Source: Steroidobacteraceae bacterium (GTDB lineage Bacteria > Pseudomonadota > Gammaproteobacteria > Steroidobacterales > Steroidobacteraceae). Taken from it: a DNA stretch of 64,000 nucleotides. A program made the translations under genes and the position numbers. Shown in pieces: positions 49,327 through 59,697 of this stretch (position 1 is the first letter of the stretch; the number at the start of each line of letters is the position of its first letter). Below the pieces are notes generated by a model. It made no database searches. It was not told the origin of the DNA and saw only the letters and a list, made by a program, of their open reading frames with translations. The DNA lies in the NCBI GenBank assembly GCA_035503515.1, contig DATJTJ010000130.1, positions 25,547-89,546 on the forward strand, given 5' to 3'.

Positions 49327-52300
49327 ACGCGAGCGAGGAACTGCGTGAGTACGTCGCGCGACTGCATGCGCGGTTGAGGCTGGGCGCCGTCGCGCGCGGT
49401 GCAGCAATCGTGGCTGGCACTGCGCTCGGCATCACGCCCCTGCTGGTGCTCTTCGCCAACAGGTTCGCCTTCTCCGCCGGCAGCGTGCACGGCTCGCGCG
49501 CCGTGCTGGTGCTGGCCCTCGCTGCGGGCGCGGTGCTCGGCCTGGCGCTGCCGCTGTGGCGTCTGAACCGGCAGGGTGTGATCCGGCGCGCGGAGACCCG
49601 GTTTCCACAATTCGCGGAACGACTGCGGACTTTCGCACAGCGACCTGGAACCGCGGCAGACGGCAGCGGCCGTCCCGTCCGTGATTCCTTCGGCGAACTG
49701 TTGGCGGCGGACACCCTGCGCGTGGCGCACACCGCCGAGCCCGCGTCGCTGTTCTCCACCACGCTACTGGCGGGGCTTCTCAGCGGCGGTGTGGCCTGTG
49801 TCGCGGTGCTGGTGTGGCTGATCCGGTCCGGGCCGGGATACATGGGTTATGGGGCGGCGCTGTTGTGGTCCGTACCGCGCGGCGGGCCGCTTTATGAGCT
49901 GCATGTGGCGCCCGGGGATACCACCGTGCGCCGGCATGCCGATCTGCTGGTGAGCGCGGGACTGGTCGGTCTGAAGACCTCCGACGTTCGATTGCACGTG
50001 CGCATCGGCAATGCCGCCTGGCAGGAGGTCGGCATGCAGCCGCAACCCCACTCCGGTGGTTTCCGCTATCTGCTGTCGGCATTGCCCGATCACGCGCAAT
50101 ACTACGTCGAGGCCGGACCGCTGCAGTCGGCGCATTTCACGGCCCGGGTGGCGGATTTTGCCCAGGTGCGCCAGATCCGGGTGACCTATCACTTCCCGAC
50201 CTGGACCCAGCTGCCGGATCGCACCGAGGAACATGGCGGCGACCTGCGGGCGGTCCAGGGGACGCGCGCCGAACTGACGATCCTGACCGATCAGCCCCTG
50301 AGGCAGGGTGCAGCGGTGCTGGATGACGGTCAGCAGCTGCCGCTGGTGGCGGCAGCGGCCAACACCTACCGCGTGACGGTGCCACTGGATAAGGACGGGG
50401 CGTATCACCTGACCATGGTCGATGGCCGCCCGCTGCGTCTCACGGAGGACTATTTCATCGAGGCCGACGAGCCCAGCGCCCCGCAGGTCTCGATCGTCAA
50501 GCCCGGCGGCGATTATCGCGCCAGTCCGATCGAGGAAGTGACCATCGGTGCCCAGGCAGCCGATGATTTCGGGCTGAAGGAGTTCTCCCTCCATTACTCG
50601 GTCAATGGCGGGCCGGAGCAGCAGATCAACCTGCTGTCACATGCCGGATCACGGGACGCCCGGGGTGCCAGCGTCATCAGCCTGGAGAACATGAAGCTGG
50701 TTCCGGGCGATGTCGTGAGCGTCTATGCCCAGGCGGCCGATGCCCGCGCGCAGTCGCGTTCGCAGATGATCTTCGTCCAGGCCGACCCCTACGAACGGGA
50801 GTTCTCCCAATCCCAGGCCGGGGGCGGTGGTGGCGGGGGCGGAGGCGGTGCCAATCAGCAGATGGAGATCTCGCGGCGCGAAAAGGAAATCATCGCCGGA
50901 ACCTGGACCCAGGTCGATGGTCACGCCGCCGCGGCACGCCAGGCCGAGCAGGCCAAGTTCCTTTCCGACGTGCAGAACACGTTGCGGGGCCAGGCGCTGT
51001 CGCTGGCCGGTCGCCTGGAGATGCGGGGGCTCAATGAAGCCAATGAGCAGTTCAGCAGCTTCCAGAAGGAGATGAACGCGGCTGCCGATGCGATGACCCC
51101 GGCCGCGACCCAGCTCGCCCAGTCCCAATGGCGCCAGGCATTGCCGGACGAGCAGAAGGCCCTGCAGCACCTGCTGCGCGCCGAGGCGACCTTCCGCCAG
51201 ATCCAGGTCGCCTTCGGCAGTGCGGGTGGCGGTGGCGGTGGCAGCATGGGCAGCGATCTGGCGAGCCTGTCTGATCTGGAACTCGATACGCAGAAGAATC
51301 AGTACGAGACCGCTCAGTCGGCATCGCCGGGCCAGCAGCAGGATGAGCAGGTCGACGCCGCGCTGCGCAAGCTCGATGAGCTGGCCCGCAAACAGGAACA
51401 GCTCGCCCAGGAACACCCCGATGCCGCCGACGCCGCCAGTCAACGCTGGCAGCAGGAAATGCTGCGGCGACAGGCAGAGGAGTTACAACGTCAGCTGGAA
51501 CAGATGGCCCGCAATGGCCAGTCCGGCCGAAGCGGGCAGTCAGGTCAGTCAGGTCAGTCAGGCTCGGCCGGCCAGTCGGCACAGTCCGGACCGGCAGGCC
51601 GGTCACGGGCACGGCCCGGACGCGAGAACACCGGCAAGGGACAGGCCGATGGCGATGCGGCGGCGAGCACCATCCGTGAGGCCATGAACCGCCTGCGCGA
51701 GGCCCAGGAATCGATGCGCCGTTCGACGGAGCAGCGCGATGCCGCGGGAGCGCGCCGCGCCGCCGAGCAATTGCGGGATGCCATGGGCGCCCTGAGTGGC
51801 CTGCAGCGCGGTCAATCGGCTGACCAGCTCGCCGCGCTGGGCCGCAAGGCGGATGAGCTCGCCGACCGGGCACGCCAGCAGCAGCAGCAGCTGCAGGGGC
51901 TCACCGGTCCTGGAGCACGTGGGCGCACCGGGCGTCCGGGCGCCGATGGCGACGGCATGATCGACGCGCGGCAGAAGCTGGCCGATGACGTCGGACGCCT
52001 GGAACAGTCCCTGCGCGATGCGGAGCGGGAAGCCTTGAAGGGCAACCGGCAGGCGGCATCGAAGCTGCGCGACGCCCTGAGCGGCCTGGACGAATCGAAC
52101 ATCCAGAGCCGTCTGCAGGCGAGTGCGGATCATCTGCGCATGGGTTACAACCCCGGCGCCGACTCATCGGAAAGCGACATTCCCGATGAACTCAGCCGGC
52201 TTGGCGAGTCGGTGCGCGAGGCGGGCCGCACGGCCGGACAGGCGCCGGCCCCGGATGAGGCGCTGACGGCCGTGCAGCGCTTCCGCGACAGGCTGGCACA

Positions 52301-52886
52301 GATGGACCGCGCCAATCAGCAGGGCGCTGCGGGCAACCGGGCCGGCCAGCAGGGTTCGCCCGGCAATCAGCCGAACGCCTTGGGCCGCGGCGCCCGTGGT
52401 GACGCGGCCCCGGGCCAGGCCAGCGGACAGCGCGCGGGCGAAGTGACGGCCGCCGGCGGTGGCCGGGGTGGCTACATCGATGGCGGATGGAACACCGGGA
52501 ACAATCCGCATTCGGGACGAGCCGTGGCGCCGGCGGACTTAGGCCCGACTCCCGCGGATCGCGAAAAGGATTTCGACCAGGGTCTGGCGGACCTGCAGAA
52601 TGTGCGGCGGGCGGTCGCCGATGATCCGGTGGCGAAGCGCCAGGTGGATGACCTGATCCGCTCCATGCAGCAGCTTGATCCGCGGCGCTTTCCCGGTAAC
52701 CCTGAAGTCGCCGACCGGCTGTTCGCCGAGGTTCGCAGCGGCGTCGACCGCCTGGAGCTGCAGTTGGGGCAAGATCCCGCCGACGACAATCGCAACGTCG
52801 TCCGCAATGCCGAATCCTCACCGGTACCGGAGGGATACCAGGAGGCGGTGGCGGAGTACTATCGCCGGCTCAGCAAGGGACAGTGA
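49323..52886 (+). CDS. 1187-aa membrane protein with coiled-coil and Gly/Gln/Ser low-complexity regions (DUF4175/TIGR02302-like)
   Basis: ATGA overlap with the upstream gene. N-terminal TM helices. Runs G9 (50820-50846) and G6 (about 51226-51243), plus GQSGRSGQSGQSGQSGSAGQSAQSG. Long Gln/Arg/Ala/Glu-rich helical stretches. Confidence 0.65.
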   Translation: MNASEELREYVARLHARLRLGAVARGAAIVAGTALGITPLLVLFANRFAFSAGSVHGSRAVLVLALAAGAVLGLALPLWRLNRQGVIRRAETRFPQFAERLRTFAQRPGTAADGSGRPVRDSFGELLAADTLRVAHTAEPASLFSTTLLAGLLSGGVACVAVLVWLIRSGPGYMGYGAALLWSVPRGGPLYELHVAPGDTTVRRHADLLVSAGLVGLKTSDVRLHVRIGNAAWQEVGMQPQPHSGGFRYLLSALPDHAQYYVEAGPLQSAHFTARVADFAQVRQIRVTYHFPTWTQLPDRTEEHGGDLRAVQGTRAELTILTDQPLRQGAAVLDDGQQLPLVAAAANTYRVTVPLDKDGAYHLTMVDGRPLRLTEDYFIEADEPSAPQVSIVKPGGDYRASPIEEVTIGAQAADDFGLKEFSLHYSVNGGPEQQINLLSHAGSRDARGASVISLENMKLVPGDVVSVYAQAADARAQSRSQMIFVQADPYEREFSQSQAGGGGGGGGGGANQQMEISRREKEIIAGTWTQVDGHAAAARQAEQAKFLSDVQNTLRGQALSLAGRLEMRGLNEANEQFSSFQKEMNAAADAMTPAATQLAQSQWRQALPDEQKALQHLLRAEATFRQIQVAFGSAGGGGGGSMGSDLASLSDLELDTQKNQYETAQSASPGQQQDEQVDAALRKLDELARKQEQLAQEHPDAADAASQRWQQEMLRRQAEELQRQLEQMARNGQSGRSGQSGQSGQSGSAGQSAQSGPAGRSRARPGRENTGKGQADGDAAASTIREAMNRLREAQESMRRSTEQRDAAGARRAAEQLRDAMGALSGLQRGQSADQLAALGRKADELADRARQQQQQLQGLTGPGARGRTGRPGADGDGMIDARQKLADDVGRLEQSLRDAEREALKGNRQAASKLRDALSGLDESNIQSRLQASADHLRMGYNPGADSSESDIPDELSRLGESVREAGRTAGQAPAPDEALTAVQRFRDRLAQMDRANQQGAAGNRAGQQGSPGNQPNALGRGARGDAAPGQASGQRAGEVTAAGGGRGGYIDGGWNTGNNPHSGRAVAPADLGPTPADREKDFDQGLADLQNVRRAVADDPVAKRQVDDLIRSMQQLDPRRFPGNPEVADRLFAEVRSGVDRLELQLGQDPADDNRNVVRNAESSPVPEGYQEAVAEYYRRLSKGQ
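51537..51563 (+). repeat. Three tandem 9-nt units (cagtcaggt, cagtcaggt, cagtcaggc) encoding QSG repeats inside the large ORF
   Basis: Read directly from the sequence. In frame and coding, within a wider QSG/RSG-rich block at about 51516-51605. Confidence 0.8.
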
Positions 52887-52931
52887 GGGACGGAAGGAAT
52901 GCGCACGACCGAGCGGATCCGCAGCGCATAG

Positions 52932-53735
52932 ATGCATTTCTACCTGTTCAAGGCGATGGCCCGCGCGGTGCTGTTGCCTCCCATGGGGCTTCTCATCCTG
53001 TCCATTCTTGGCGCGGTGCTGCTGGGGCTGCGGCACAGGCGCAGCGGCTGGGCCTGCCTGGCGGCCGGACTCGGTCTGCTATGGCTGCTGTCGATGCCAT
53101 TCGTCGCCGATTCACTGACGCTTCTGGCCCAGGCCTATCCGGCCTTCGATCCGGCCACCGGCACCGACGCCCAGGCGATCGTCATCCTGGGGGGCGCGGG
53201 CCAGCGTGTCCCCGCACCCGAGTACCACGGTCAGCCGGCCGCGGAACTGGAGCTGCTGGAGCGGCTCAACTACGGGGCCTGGCTGTCGCGGCAGACCCAT
53301 CTGCCGATCCTGGTGACCAGCGACGGCATCAATGCCCGCACCATGGCCGTGTCACTGACGCGCGATTTCAGGATGCCGCCGCGCTGGGTCGACATGCACG
53401 CACATGATACGTACGAGAACGCGCGCAACAGCGCGCAGCTGCTGCGCGCGGATCACGTGGGCTCGGTGCTGCTGGTGACCAGCGCCACGCACATGCGCCG
53501 CTCGATGCGCGAGTTCATCGCAACCGGACTCGCGGTCACCGCGGCACCGGTCCAGGTGCGGCTGATGAGCCAGGAACTGCCCGAGCCCTACCCTTTGAAC
53601 CGGTTCCTGCCTTCGGCCGAAGGCATGCTGCGTTCCAACCGCGCCGTCTACGAACTGATCGGCGAGCCGGTCCGTGAACTGCTCGCGTTCCTGCACCTGC
53701 GACGCCAGCAGCCTCAGCTGCCGGCCGCCGCCTGA
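52932..53735 (+). CDS. YdcF/ElyC-family (DUF218) membrane-anchored protein
   Basis: N-terminal TM helices. Motifs AIVILGGA, DTYENARNSAQLL and VLLVTSATHMRRS. Confidence 0.8.
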   Translation: MHFYLFKAMARAVLLPPMGLLILSILGAVLLGLRHRRSGWACLAAGLGLLWLLSMPFVADSLTLLAQAYPAFDPATGTDAQAIVILGGAGQRVPAPEYHGQPAAELELLERLNYGAWLSRQTHLPILVTSDGINARTMAVSLTRDFRMPPRWVDMHAHDTYENARNSAQLLRADHVGSVLLVTSATHMRRSMREFIATGLAVTAAPVQVRLMSQELPEPYPLNRFLPSAEGMLRSNRAVYELIGEPVRELLAFLHLRRQQPQLPAAA

Positions 53736-54556
53736 GGCGCCTGCCCGAAGCGAAAACCCGAGATCCGCCAGCCCATCATCACATCATTGAAGGTGCGCAC
53801 GCCGAGGTCGTCGCCGGCGGCGCCGGCGGCAACCAGCAGCGGCATCAGATGCTCCTCGCGCGGATGCGCATAACGTGCCGCTGGCGCCTGCGACCAGTTG
53901 CGCAGTCCGGCGTTGCGGGCCGCAATGTCCCTCTGGCAGACGGTCTCGCCGAGCCAGTCATCGAAGAGCTGCGAGCCGGGAATGAGTTGGTTCTCCATCG
54001 AGCGGACCCGCAGGTTGTGAAAACTCATGCCGCTGCCGACGATCAGCACGCCGCGGTCGCGCAACGGCGCCAGGGCGGCGCCCAACTGCAGATGCGCGGC
54101 CGGATCCAGCCCCTGCCTCAGGGACAGCTGCACCACCGGCATGTCGGCATCGGGGTAGATCAGCTTGAACGGCACGAACACGCCGTGATCGAGACCCCGT
54201 TTGCCGTCCGTGGTCGACGGGATGCCGGCTGCATCCAGGAGCCGGCGGACATCGGCCGCCAGTTCCGGTGATCCCGGCGCCGGGTACTTCAGGCGGTAGG
54301 TGTGCTCGGGAAAGCCGTAATAGTCGAACAGCAGCGGCGGCTGCTGCTGCACGTTCACGGCCACCGGTTCGGACTCCCAATGCCCGGAGATCACCAGCAC
54401 GGCGCGCGGCGCCTGCGGCAGCGTGCCGCGCAGCTGACATAACCACTGCGCAAGGCTGGTCCAGGGATTGGGGGAGGGGTAGGGCCAGTCCATGAAGAAA
54501 CAGGGGCCGCCGCCATGGGGAATGTAGAACGTGGGCTGTCGCGCGGGGGTACTCAT
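53714..54556 (-). CDS. Class III extradiol dioxygenase (4,5-DOPA dioxygenase, YgiD-like)
   Basis: Start MSTPARQPTFYIPHGGGP, residue 185 of track ORF 53714..55108. Motifs VISGHWE, LDHGVFVP and GSGMSFHN. 22-nt convergent overlap with the DUF218 gene. Confidence 0.85.
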   Translation of the reverse strand: MSTPARQPTFYIPHGGGPCFFMDWPYPSPNPWTSLAQWLCQLRGTLPQAPRAVLVISGHWESEPVAVNVQQQPPLLFDYYGFPEHTYRLKYPAPGSPELAADVRRLLDAAGIPSTTDGKRGLDHGVFVPFKLIYPDADMPVVQLSLRQGLDPAAHLQLGAALAPLRDRGVLIVGSGMSFHNLRVRSMENQLIPGSQLFDDWLGETVCQRDIAARNAGLRNWSQAPAARYAHPREEHLMPLLVAAGAAGDDLGVRTFNDVMMGWRISGFRFGQAPQAAAGS

Positions 54557-54625
54557 GATGGCGGATCGGAGTTTAACAAAAACTGTCCGCGTCACCTCGA
54601 AAGCGCACAATTCAGCTGCACCCGA

Positions 54626-56623
54626 ATGGCGACGATACTGGATAATGCGCGTCCGGATTCCTGTGGGGCAGAAGTCGTGGCGGGTAGAGTGGTGGCAGGA
54701 TTTGCGGCGGTACTGCTGATTGTCGTTTCGCCGTGGCCGGTACTGGCAGCGGCCGCGGCAGCGCCGGATATCCGGCAGCTCATCGATCGCGCCGAGCAGG
54801 AAGGCTTCACGGATCCGGAGGCGCAGAACCGCGACGCCCGGGCGGCGCTCGACTCGTTGCAGCGCAGTCCGGACGTTGATGCGGAAATCCGCGCGCGACT
54901 GATCCTGTGCGGGTACGACTCGGAACGCAACCTGCAGGCCGCGCAGGAGCAGGCGCAGCGCGTGTCGGCGCTGCTGCCGCGGGCGCACGATGGCGGGCTG
55001 CGGGCGGGCATGCTGACCTGCGAGGGCGAGACCCGCGAGACCCGCGGGGACAATGCCGAAGCGCTGCGGCTGTTCAGCCTGGCGGTGGCGGCCGCCACGG
55101 GCAGCCACGATGATGCGCGGCTGGCGGCGGCCCTGTATTCACGCGGTTATCTGCTGGGTCTGCAGGGCGAGTATGCGGCGGGGCTGGTGGACCTGCGCCG
55201 GGCGCAGGACCTTTTCGACCGGACCGGTCATCACTACGATGCGCTCTCCTGCCGGGACAGCATCGCCACGCTCTACAGCCGCCTCGGCGATGACGCCGAG
55301 GCCGCACGGCTGTACTCCGACGTGCTGCGGATGCAGCGCGAGGCGGGCATGGTGCGCGAACAGGCCGTCACGCTGCACAACCTCGCCCGCACCTACGAGG
55401 ACCTGCAGCAGTGGGACCTTGCTGAGTCGGGTTTCCGCGAGGCGCTCGATCTGGCCCAGAAGCTGCGCTATACGCGCGTCCAGGCCTACGCCCTGCGTGG
55501 CCTCGCGGCCGTGCAAATCGCGCATCGCGACAGCGCCGGGGCCATGGCGCAACTGGCGGCCGCCGCCCTGCTGCAGCGGCAGACACCCGATGCGCGCCTG
55601 GGCGCGCAGATCAATCTGGAGCGGGGACGGGCGCTGGACCGGGCCGGGCGGCTGCTGGAAAGCGCGGTGGCCCTGCAGCAGGCCCGCGGGGTCTTCAGGT
55701 CCGCGCAATCGGCGAAGGAACTGATCGACGCGGACAGCGAGCTCGCGCGGGTCGAAGCCGAAATGGGGCAATGGCGTGCCGCGTACGCCGATGAAGCCGA
55801 GGCCGCGCACCAGCAGCAGCAGCTGTTCTCGCGGCAACTCGACCAGCGGTTCGCGGTGCTGAAGATCGAATACGATACCGCCGCCCAGGAGCAGGAAAAC
55901 CGCGCCCTGGTGCGCGAGAATCAGGCCACCGGCCTGGCGCTCGCCCAGTCCCGGCGGGTGCGGCAGTTGCAGGGCGTGGTGATCGGCCTCGGCGTGGCTC
56001 TGGGCACGGTCCTGATCTGGCTCGTCCTGCTCAATCGCGGACGGGCACGACGCATGGGGAGTCTGGCGATGACCGACGAGCTCACCAAGTCACCCAACCG
56101 GCGCGCGGTGCTCGCGCAACTGAGTGCATTGCTCAAGCGGCCCGAGCCCGGGCCCTGCGCGATCCTCATCATGGACATCGATTTCTTCAAGCGCATCAAC
56201 GACCAGCACGGGCATGCGGCCGGTGACGAAGTGCTGAGGCTGGTGGCCGATGCGGTGCGCAGCGCGGTGCAGGCCCCGGCGTTCTTCGGGCGCCTCGGAG
56301 GGGAGGAATTCCTGATCGTGCTGCCCGAAGCGGACATCCCGGCGGCACGGCGGTTCGCCGAGAGCCTGCGCCAGAGCGTCGCCGACATCGATACCGGGTC
56401 CGTGATCGCCGGGCACGCCGGCGTGACCACCAGCGTCGGACTGACGGTGACGCGGGCCGGCACGGACGATCTGGGCAACATGATGGCGCGCGCCGACACG
56501 GCGCTGTACGCGGCCAAGCGCTCGGGCAGGAACTGCGTGCGGGTCGAACCGGCGCCGGATGATCCGCATCGCGACGCAGCCGGCGCGCAGATGCTCGAAG
56601 ACGGCGCGCACACCCGTCACTGA
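54626..56623 (+). CDS. TPR-repeat sensor diguanylate cyclase (GGDEF)
   Basis: Start taken at MATILDN. Signal/TM segment [24 protein letters not shown]-like repeats, then a TM helix [24 protein letters not shown] domain with [12 protein letters not shown]. Confidence 0.8.
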   Translation: MATILDNARPDSCGAEVVAGRVVAGFAAVLLIVVSPWPVLAAAAAAPDIRQLIDRAEQEGFTDPEAQNRDARAALDSLQRSPDVDAEIRARLILCGYDSERNLQAAQEQAQRVSALLPRAHDGGLRAGMLTCEGETRETRGDNAEALRLFSLAVAAATGSHDDARLAAALYSRGYLLGLQGEYAAGLVDLRRAQDLFDRTGHHYDALSCRDSIATLYSRLGDDAEAARLYSDVLRMQREAGMVREQAVTLHNLARTYEDLQQWDLAESGFREALDLAQKLRYTRVQAYALRGLAAVQIAHRDSAGAMAQLAAAALLQRQTPDARLGAQINLERGRALDRAGRLLESAVALQQARGVFRSAQSAKELIDADSELARVEAEMGQWRAAYADEAEAAHQQQQLFSRQLDQRFAVLKIEYDTAAQEQENRALVRENQATGLALAQSRRVRQLQGVVIGLGVALGTVLIWLVLLNRGRARRMGSLAMTDELTKSPNRRAVLAQLSALLKRPEPGPCAILIMDIDFFKRINDQHGHAAGDEVLRLVADAVRSAVQAPAFFGRLGGEEFLIVLPEADIPAARRFAESLRQSVADIDTGSVIAGHAGVTTSVGLTVTRAGTDDLGNMMARADTALYAAKRSGRNCVRVEPAPDDPHRDAAGAQMLEDGAHTRH

Positions 56624-58116
56624 AACGTGCGGGTACTCGCCACGGCCTGAGCCCAGCGCTGCAGCCGCGCGCCGGCCTCGTCCCGGGTCATCCGCGGCAG
56701 ATAGGTGGGACCCGCCTGCCAACCGGCAGCGATCTGCGCCTGCGTCCACAAACCCGCGCCGACGCCCGCAAGCGCGGCTGCCCCCAGTGCGGTGCTTTCG
56801 GCCTGCCGGGCGCACACGACCGGTGCGCCGAGCAGGTCGGCCTGGAACTGCATCAGCAGCGCGTTGCGGCAGCCGCCGCCATCGACCCGCAGCTCGCGCA
56901 CGGCGTGCTTCGCATCCGCCTGCATGGCGTTGAGGACATCCGTGCTCTGGAAGGCAATGGCCTCGAGGGTCGCGCGTGCGATATGACCCGCCGTCGTACC
57001 GCGAGTCAGCCCCACCAGCGCGCCGCGCGCCCGCGCATCCCAGTACGGCGCCCCGAGGCCGGTGAACGCGGGCACGAAGTGCACGCCATCGGTGTCGGGC
57101 ACGGTGCGCGCCAATGGCTCGACCGCATCCGAATCCGCGATCACGCCGAGTCCGTCGCGCAGCCATTGCACGGCAGCGCCGCCGACGAACACGCTGCCTT
57201 CGAGCGCGTACCGGGTGGCATCACTCCCCAGCCGCCAGGCGACGGTGGCGAGCAGATGATGGTCCGAGCGCATGGCGCTTGCGCCCGTGTTCATCAGCAG
57301 GAAGCAGCCCGTGCCATAGGTGTTCTTGGCCATCCCGGGGTGCAGGCATGCCTGCCCGAACAGCGCAGCCTGCTGATCGCCGGCGATGCCGGTGATGGGG
57401 ACGGCCGTCCCGTTCAGATCGGCCATCAGCTTCGCGTCGGCCGGGGCGAAGCAGCAGGGGAGAACCTGCGGCAGGCAGGGGCGCGGGATGTCGAACAGCG
57501 CCAGCAACTCCGGGTCCCAGTCGCCCGTGTGGATGTTGAACAGCATGGTCCGGCTGGCATTGCTGATGTCGGTGACATGGGCCCGGCCGCCGGTCAGATT
57601 CCAGATCAGCCAGCTGTCGATCGTGCCGAAGGCCAGCTCGCCGCGCGCCGCGCCGTCGCGGGCGCCCGGCACGTTCTGCAGCAGCCATTCGAGCTTGGAC
57701 GCCGAGAAATAGCTGTCGGGCACGAGGCCGGTGCGCGCACCGATCAGTCCGCCATGGCCGTCCGCGAGCAATCCGGCGCAGCGCTGCGCCGTGCGCCGGT
57801 CCTGCCAGACTATGGCCGGTGCGACGGGCCTGCCGGTGCGGCGGTTCCACAGCAGCGTGGTCTCCCGCTGGTTGGTGATGCCGATCGCTGCCAGGTCGCG
57901 GGCGCCGATGCCGGCGCGGCCGAGGGCCTCGGTGATGGTTGCGAGCTGCGTGGTCCAGATCTGCGCGGCGTCGTGCTCGACCCACCCCGGGTGCGGGTAG
58001 CCCTGGGGATGTTCGCGCTGACCCAGGCCTGCAATGTTGCGGGCCTCGTCGAACACGATCGCGCGCGAACTGGTCGTGCCCTGGTCGATGGCGAGCACGT
58101 GACGCTTCGGGTTCAC
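56617..58116 (-). CDS. glpK: Glycerol kinase
   Basis: GTG start gives [19 protein letters not shown] (499 aa). [10 protein letters not shown] also present. GTGA overlap with glpD. The track ORF's upstream 43 aa are not GlpK-like. Confidence 0.9.
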   Translation of the reverse strand: MNPKRHVLAIDQGTTSSRAIVFDEARNIAGLGQREHPQGYPHPGWVEHDAAQIWTTQLATITEALGRAGIGARDLAAIGITNQRETTLLWNRRTGRPVAPAIVWQDRRTAQRCAGLLADGHGGLIGARTGLVPDSYFSASKLEWLLQNVPGARDGAARGELAFGTIDSWLIWNLTGGRAHVTDISNASRTMLFNIHTGDWDPELLALFDIPRPCLPQVLPCCFAPADAKLMADLNGTAVPITGIAGDQQAALFGQACLHPGMAKNTYGTGCFLLMNTGASAMRSDHHLLATVAWRLGSDATRYALEGSVFVGGAAVQWLRDGLGVIADSDAVEPLARTVPDTDGVHFVPAFTGLGAPYWDARARGALVGLTRGTTAGHIARATLEAIAFQSTDVLNAMQADAKHAVRELRVDGGGCRNALLMQFQADLLGAPVVCARQAESTALGAAALAGVGAGLWTQAQIAAGWQAGPTYLPRMTRDEAGARLQRWAQAVASTRTFQ

Positions 58117-59630
58117 GCGAACTGTCCGCGCCTGCCTGAGCCGCGATTGCCGAGCCAGGCATCGAGCCGGGCCTCGCTCCCGGGCGGCAGATGCAGTCCG
58201 AGCTTGCTTCGGCGCCAGAGGATGTCGCGTGCGGTCATTGCCCACTCATGCCCGCACAGATAATCGATCTCGCGTTCATAGAGACCGGGTAGCACTTCCT
58301 CGCCCATCATCGGCAGGCTGCGCGCCGGACCGACGAGGCGCGCGATGCGCGTCCCATAGGCCCGCGCATAGCGTTCGCGCACCGCCTGCGGCAGCCACGG
58401 CAGGCGGCGGGCGATGGCGCGCAGGAACACCGCGAGACTCGCTCCCGGCAAGTCTCCCCCGGGCAATACCGCAAGCTGCGTCCAGGGCGCCGCCCGGAAC
58501 TGCAGCGCCTGGCAGAGCCTGTCGACCGCTTCCTCGGCGAGGCGGCGGAAGGTGGTGATCTTGCCGCCGAAGACGCTCAGCAGCGGTGGCCCGTCGGCGT
58601 CGAGGTCGAGGGCGTAATCGCGCGTGACCTTGGCGGGGTCCAGCGACTCATCCTCCAGCAGTGGCCGCACGCCGGCGAAGCTGTGGACCACGTCCCCGGC
58701 GTCGATCTGCGTGGTGAAATAGCGGTTCACGGTGGCGCAGAGGTAGTCGGTCTCGGCCGGCGTGATCTGCAGGTCCCGGGGCTCGGCATGGTATTCCTCA
58801 TCGGTGGTGCCGATCAGCGTGAACTCGCGCTCGTAGGGGATCGCGAACACGATGCGCCGGTCGGTATTCTGGAAGATGTAGGCGAAACGATGCCGGAAGA
58901 TCTGCGGGACGACGATATGGCTGCCCTTGATGAGGCGCACCGCGCGGCGCGTGCTCAAGCCGGTGCGCGCGTGCAGGAAGTCCGCGACCCAGGGCCCCGC
59001 GGCGTTCACCACCGCACGCGCGTACACGATCTGCGCAGTCCCACCGTGGCTCGTGGGCGCCAGCTCGAGCCGCCAGTCCGACTCGCGCCGGTGCGCACGC
59101 TCACAACGCACGCGGGTGAGGATCGTCGCGCCATGTTCGGCCGCGTCGCGGGCGTTGAGGGCCACCAGCCGCGCATCATCGGTCCAGGCATCGGAGTAGA
59201 TGAAGCCCCTGCGGAAGCGCGGGTCGAGTCCGGATCCGGCGGGATGGCGCCGCAGGTTCAGGCCTTTCGATGCGGCAAGCCGCTTGCGCGGCGCCAGATG
59301 ATCGTAGAGGAACAGGCCCGCACGGATTTCGAACAGCGGGCGCAGGTGTGCATCGTGGGGCATGACGAACCGCAGGGGGCGGATCAGGTGCGGGGCACTC
59401 GCCAGCAGCACCTCGCGCTCGAGCAACGCCTTGCGCACCAGCCCGAAGTGCCACTGTTCCAGGTAGCGCAGACCGCCATGTATGAGCTTGGTGCTGGCCG
59501 AGGAGGTGTGCGCGGCCAGATCGTCCTGTTCGCACAGGATCACCGACAGTCCGCGACCGGCGGCATCCCGTGCTATGCCGCAGCCATTGATGCCGCCTCC
59601 CACCACGAGCAGGTCACAGCGCTTTTCCAT
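58113..59630 (-). CDS. glpD: Aerobic glycerol-3-phosphate dehydrogenase
   Basis: [27 protein letters not shown] and [13 protein letters not shown]. An alternative upstream ATG lies at 59684. Confidence 0.88.
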   Translation of the reverse strand: MEKRCDLLVVGGGINGCGIARDAAGRGLSVILCEQDDLAAHTSSASTKLIHGGLRYLEQWHFGLVRKALLEREVLLASAPHLIRPLRFVMPHDAHLRPLFEIRAGLFLYDHLAPRKRLAASKGLNLRRHPAGSGLDPRFRRGFIYSDAWTDDARLVALNARDAAEHGATILTRVRCERAHRRESDWRLELAPTSHGGTAQIVYARAVVNAAGPWVADFLHARTGLSTRRAVRLIKGSHIVVPQIFRHRFAYIFQNTDRRIVFAIPYEREFTLIGTTDEEYHAEPRDLQITPAETDYLCATVNRYFTTQIDAGDVVHSFAGVRPLLEDESLDPAKVTRDYALDLDADGPPLLSVFGGKITTFRRLAEEAVDRLCQALQFRAAPWTQLAVLPGGDLPGASLAVFLRAIARRLPWLPQAVRERYARAYGTRIARLVGPARSLPMMGEEVLPGLYEREIDYLCGHEWAMTARDILWRRSKLGLHLPPGSEARLDAWLGNRGSGRRGQFA

Positions 59631-59697
59631 GCCGGAAACGACGGGCATGGCCGGCATCTTGCCACGTGCGCCCGTTCGGTCCAATGTGCGCGCCGTG

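Noticed and set aside
50820-50846. Poly-Gly codon run as a sequencing or assembly artefact
   Set aside because: The run uses mixed GGN codons (ggg ggc ggt ggt ggc ggg ggc gga ggc) and is not a homopolymer. It keeps the frame, so it is most likely genuine coding low complexity.
51516-51605. Short tandem repeats as a possible CRISPR or minisatellite
   Set aside because: The units are 9 nt, contiguous without spacers, in frame and encode QSG repeats inside a long ORF. This is not a CRISPR array.
52887-52931. Palindrome GCGGATCCGC within ATGCGC...GCGCAT as a terminator after the large operon
   Set aside because: The stem is short, there is no downstream T-tract, and the next gene starts 10 nt later. 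This is not convincing as an intrinsic terminator.
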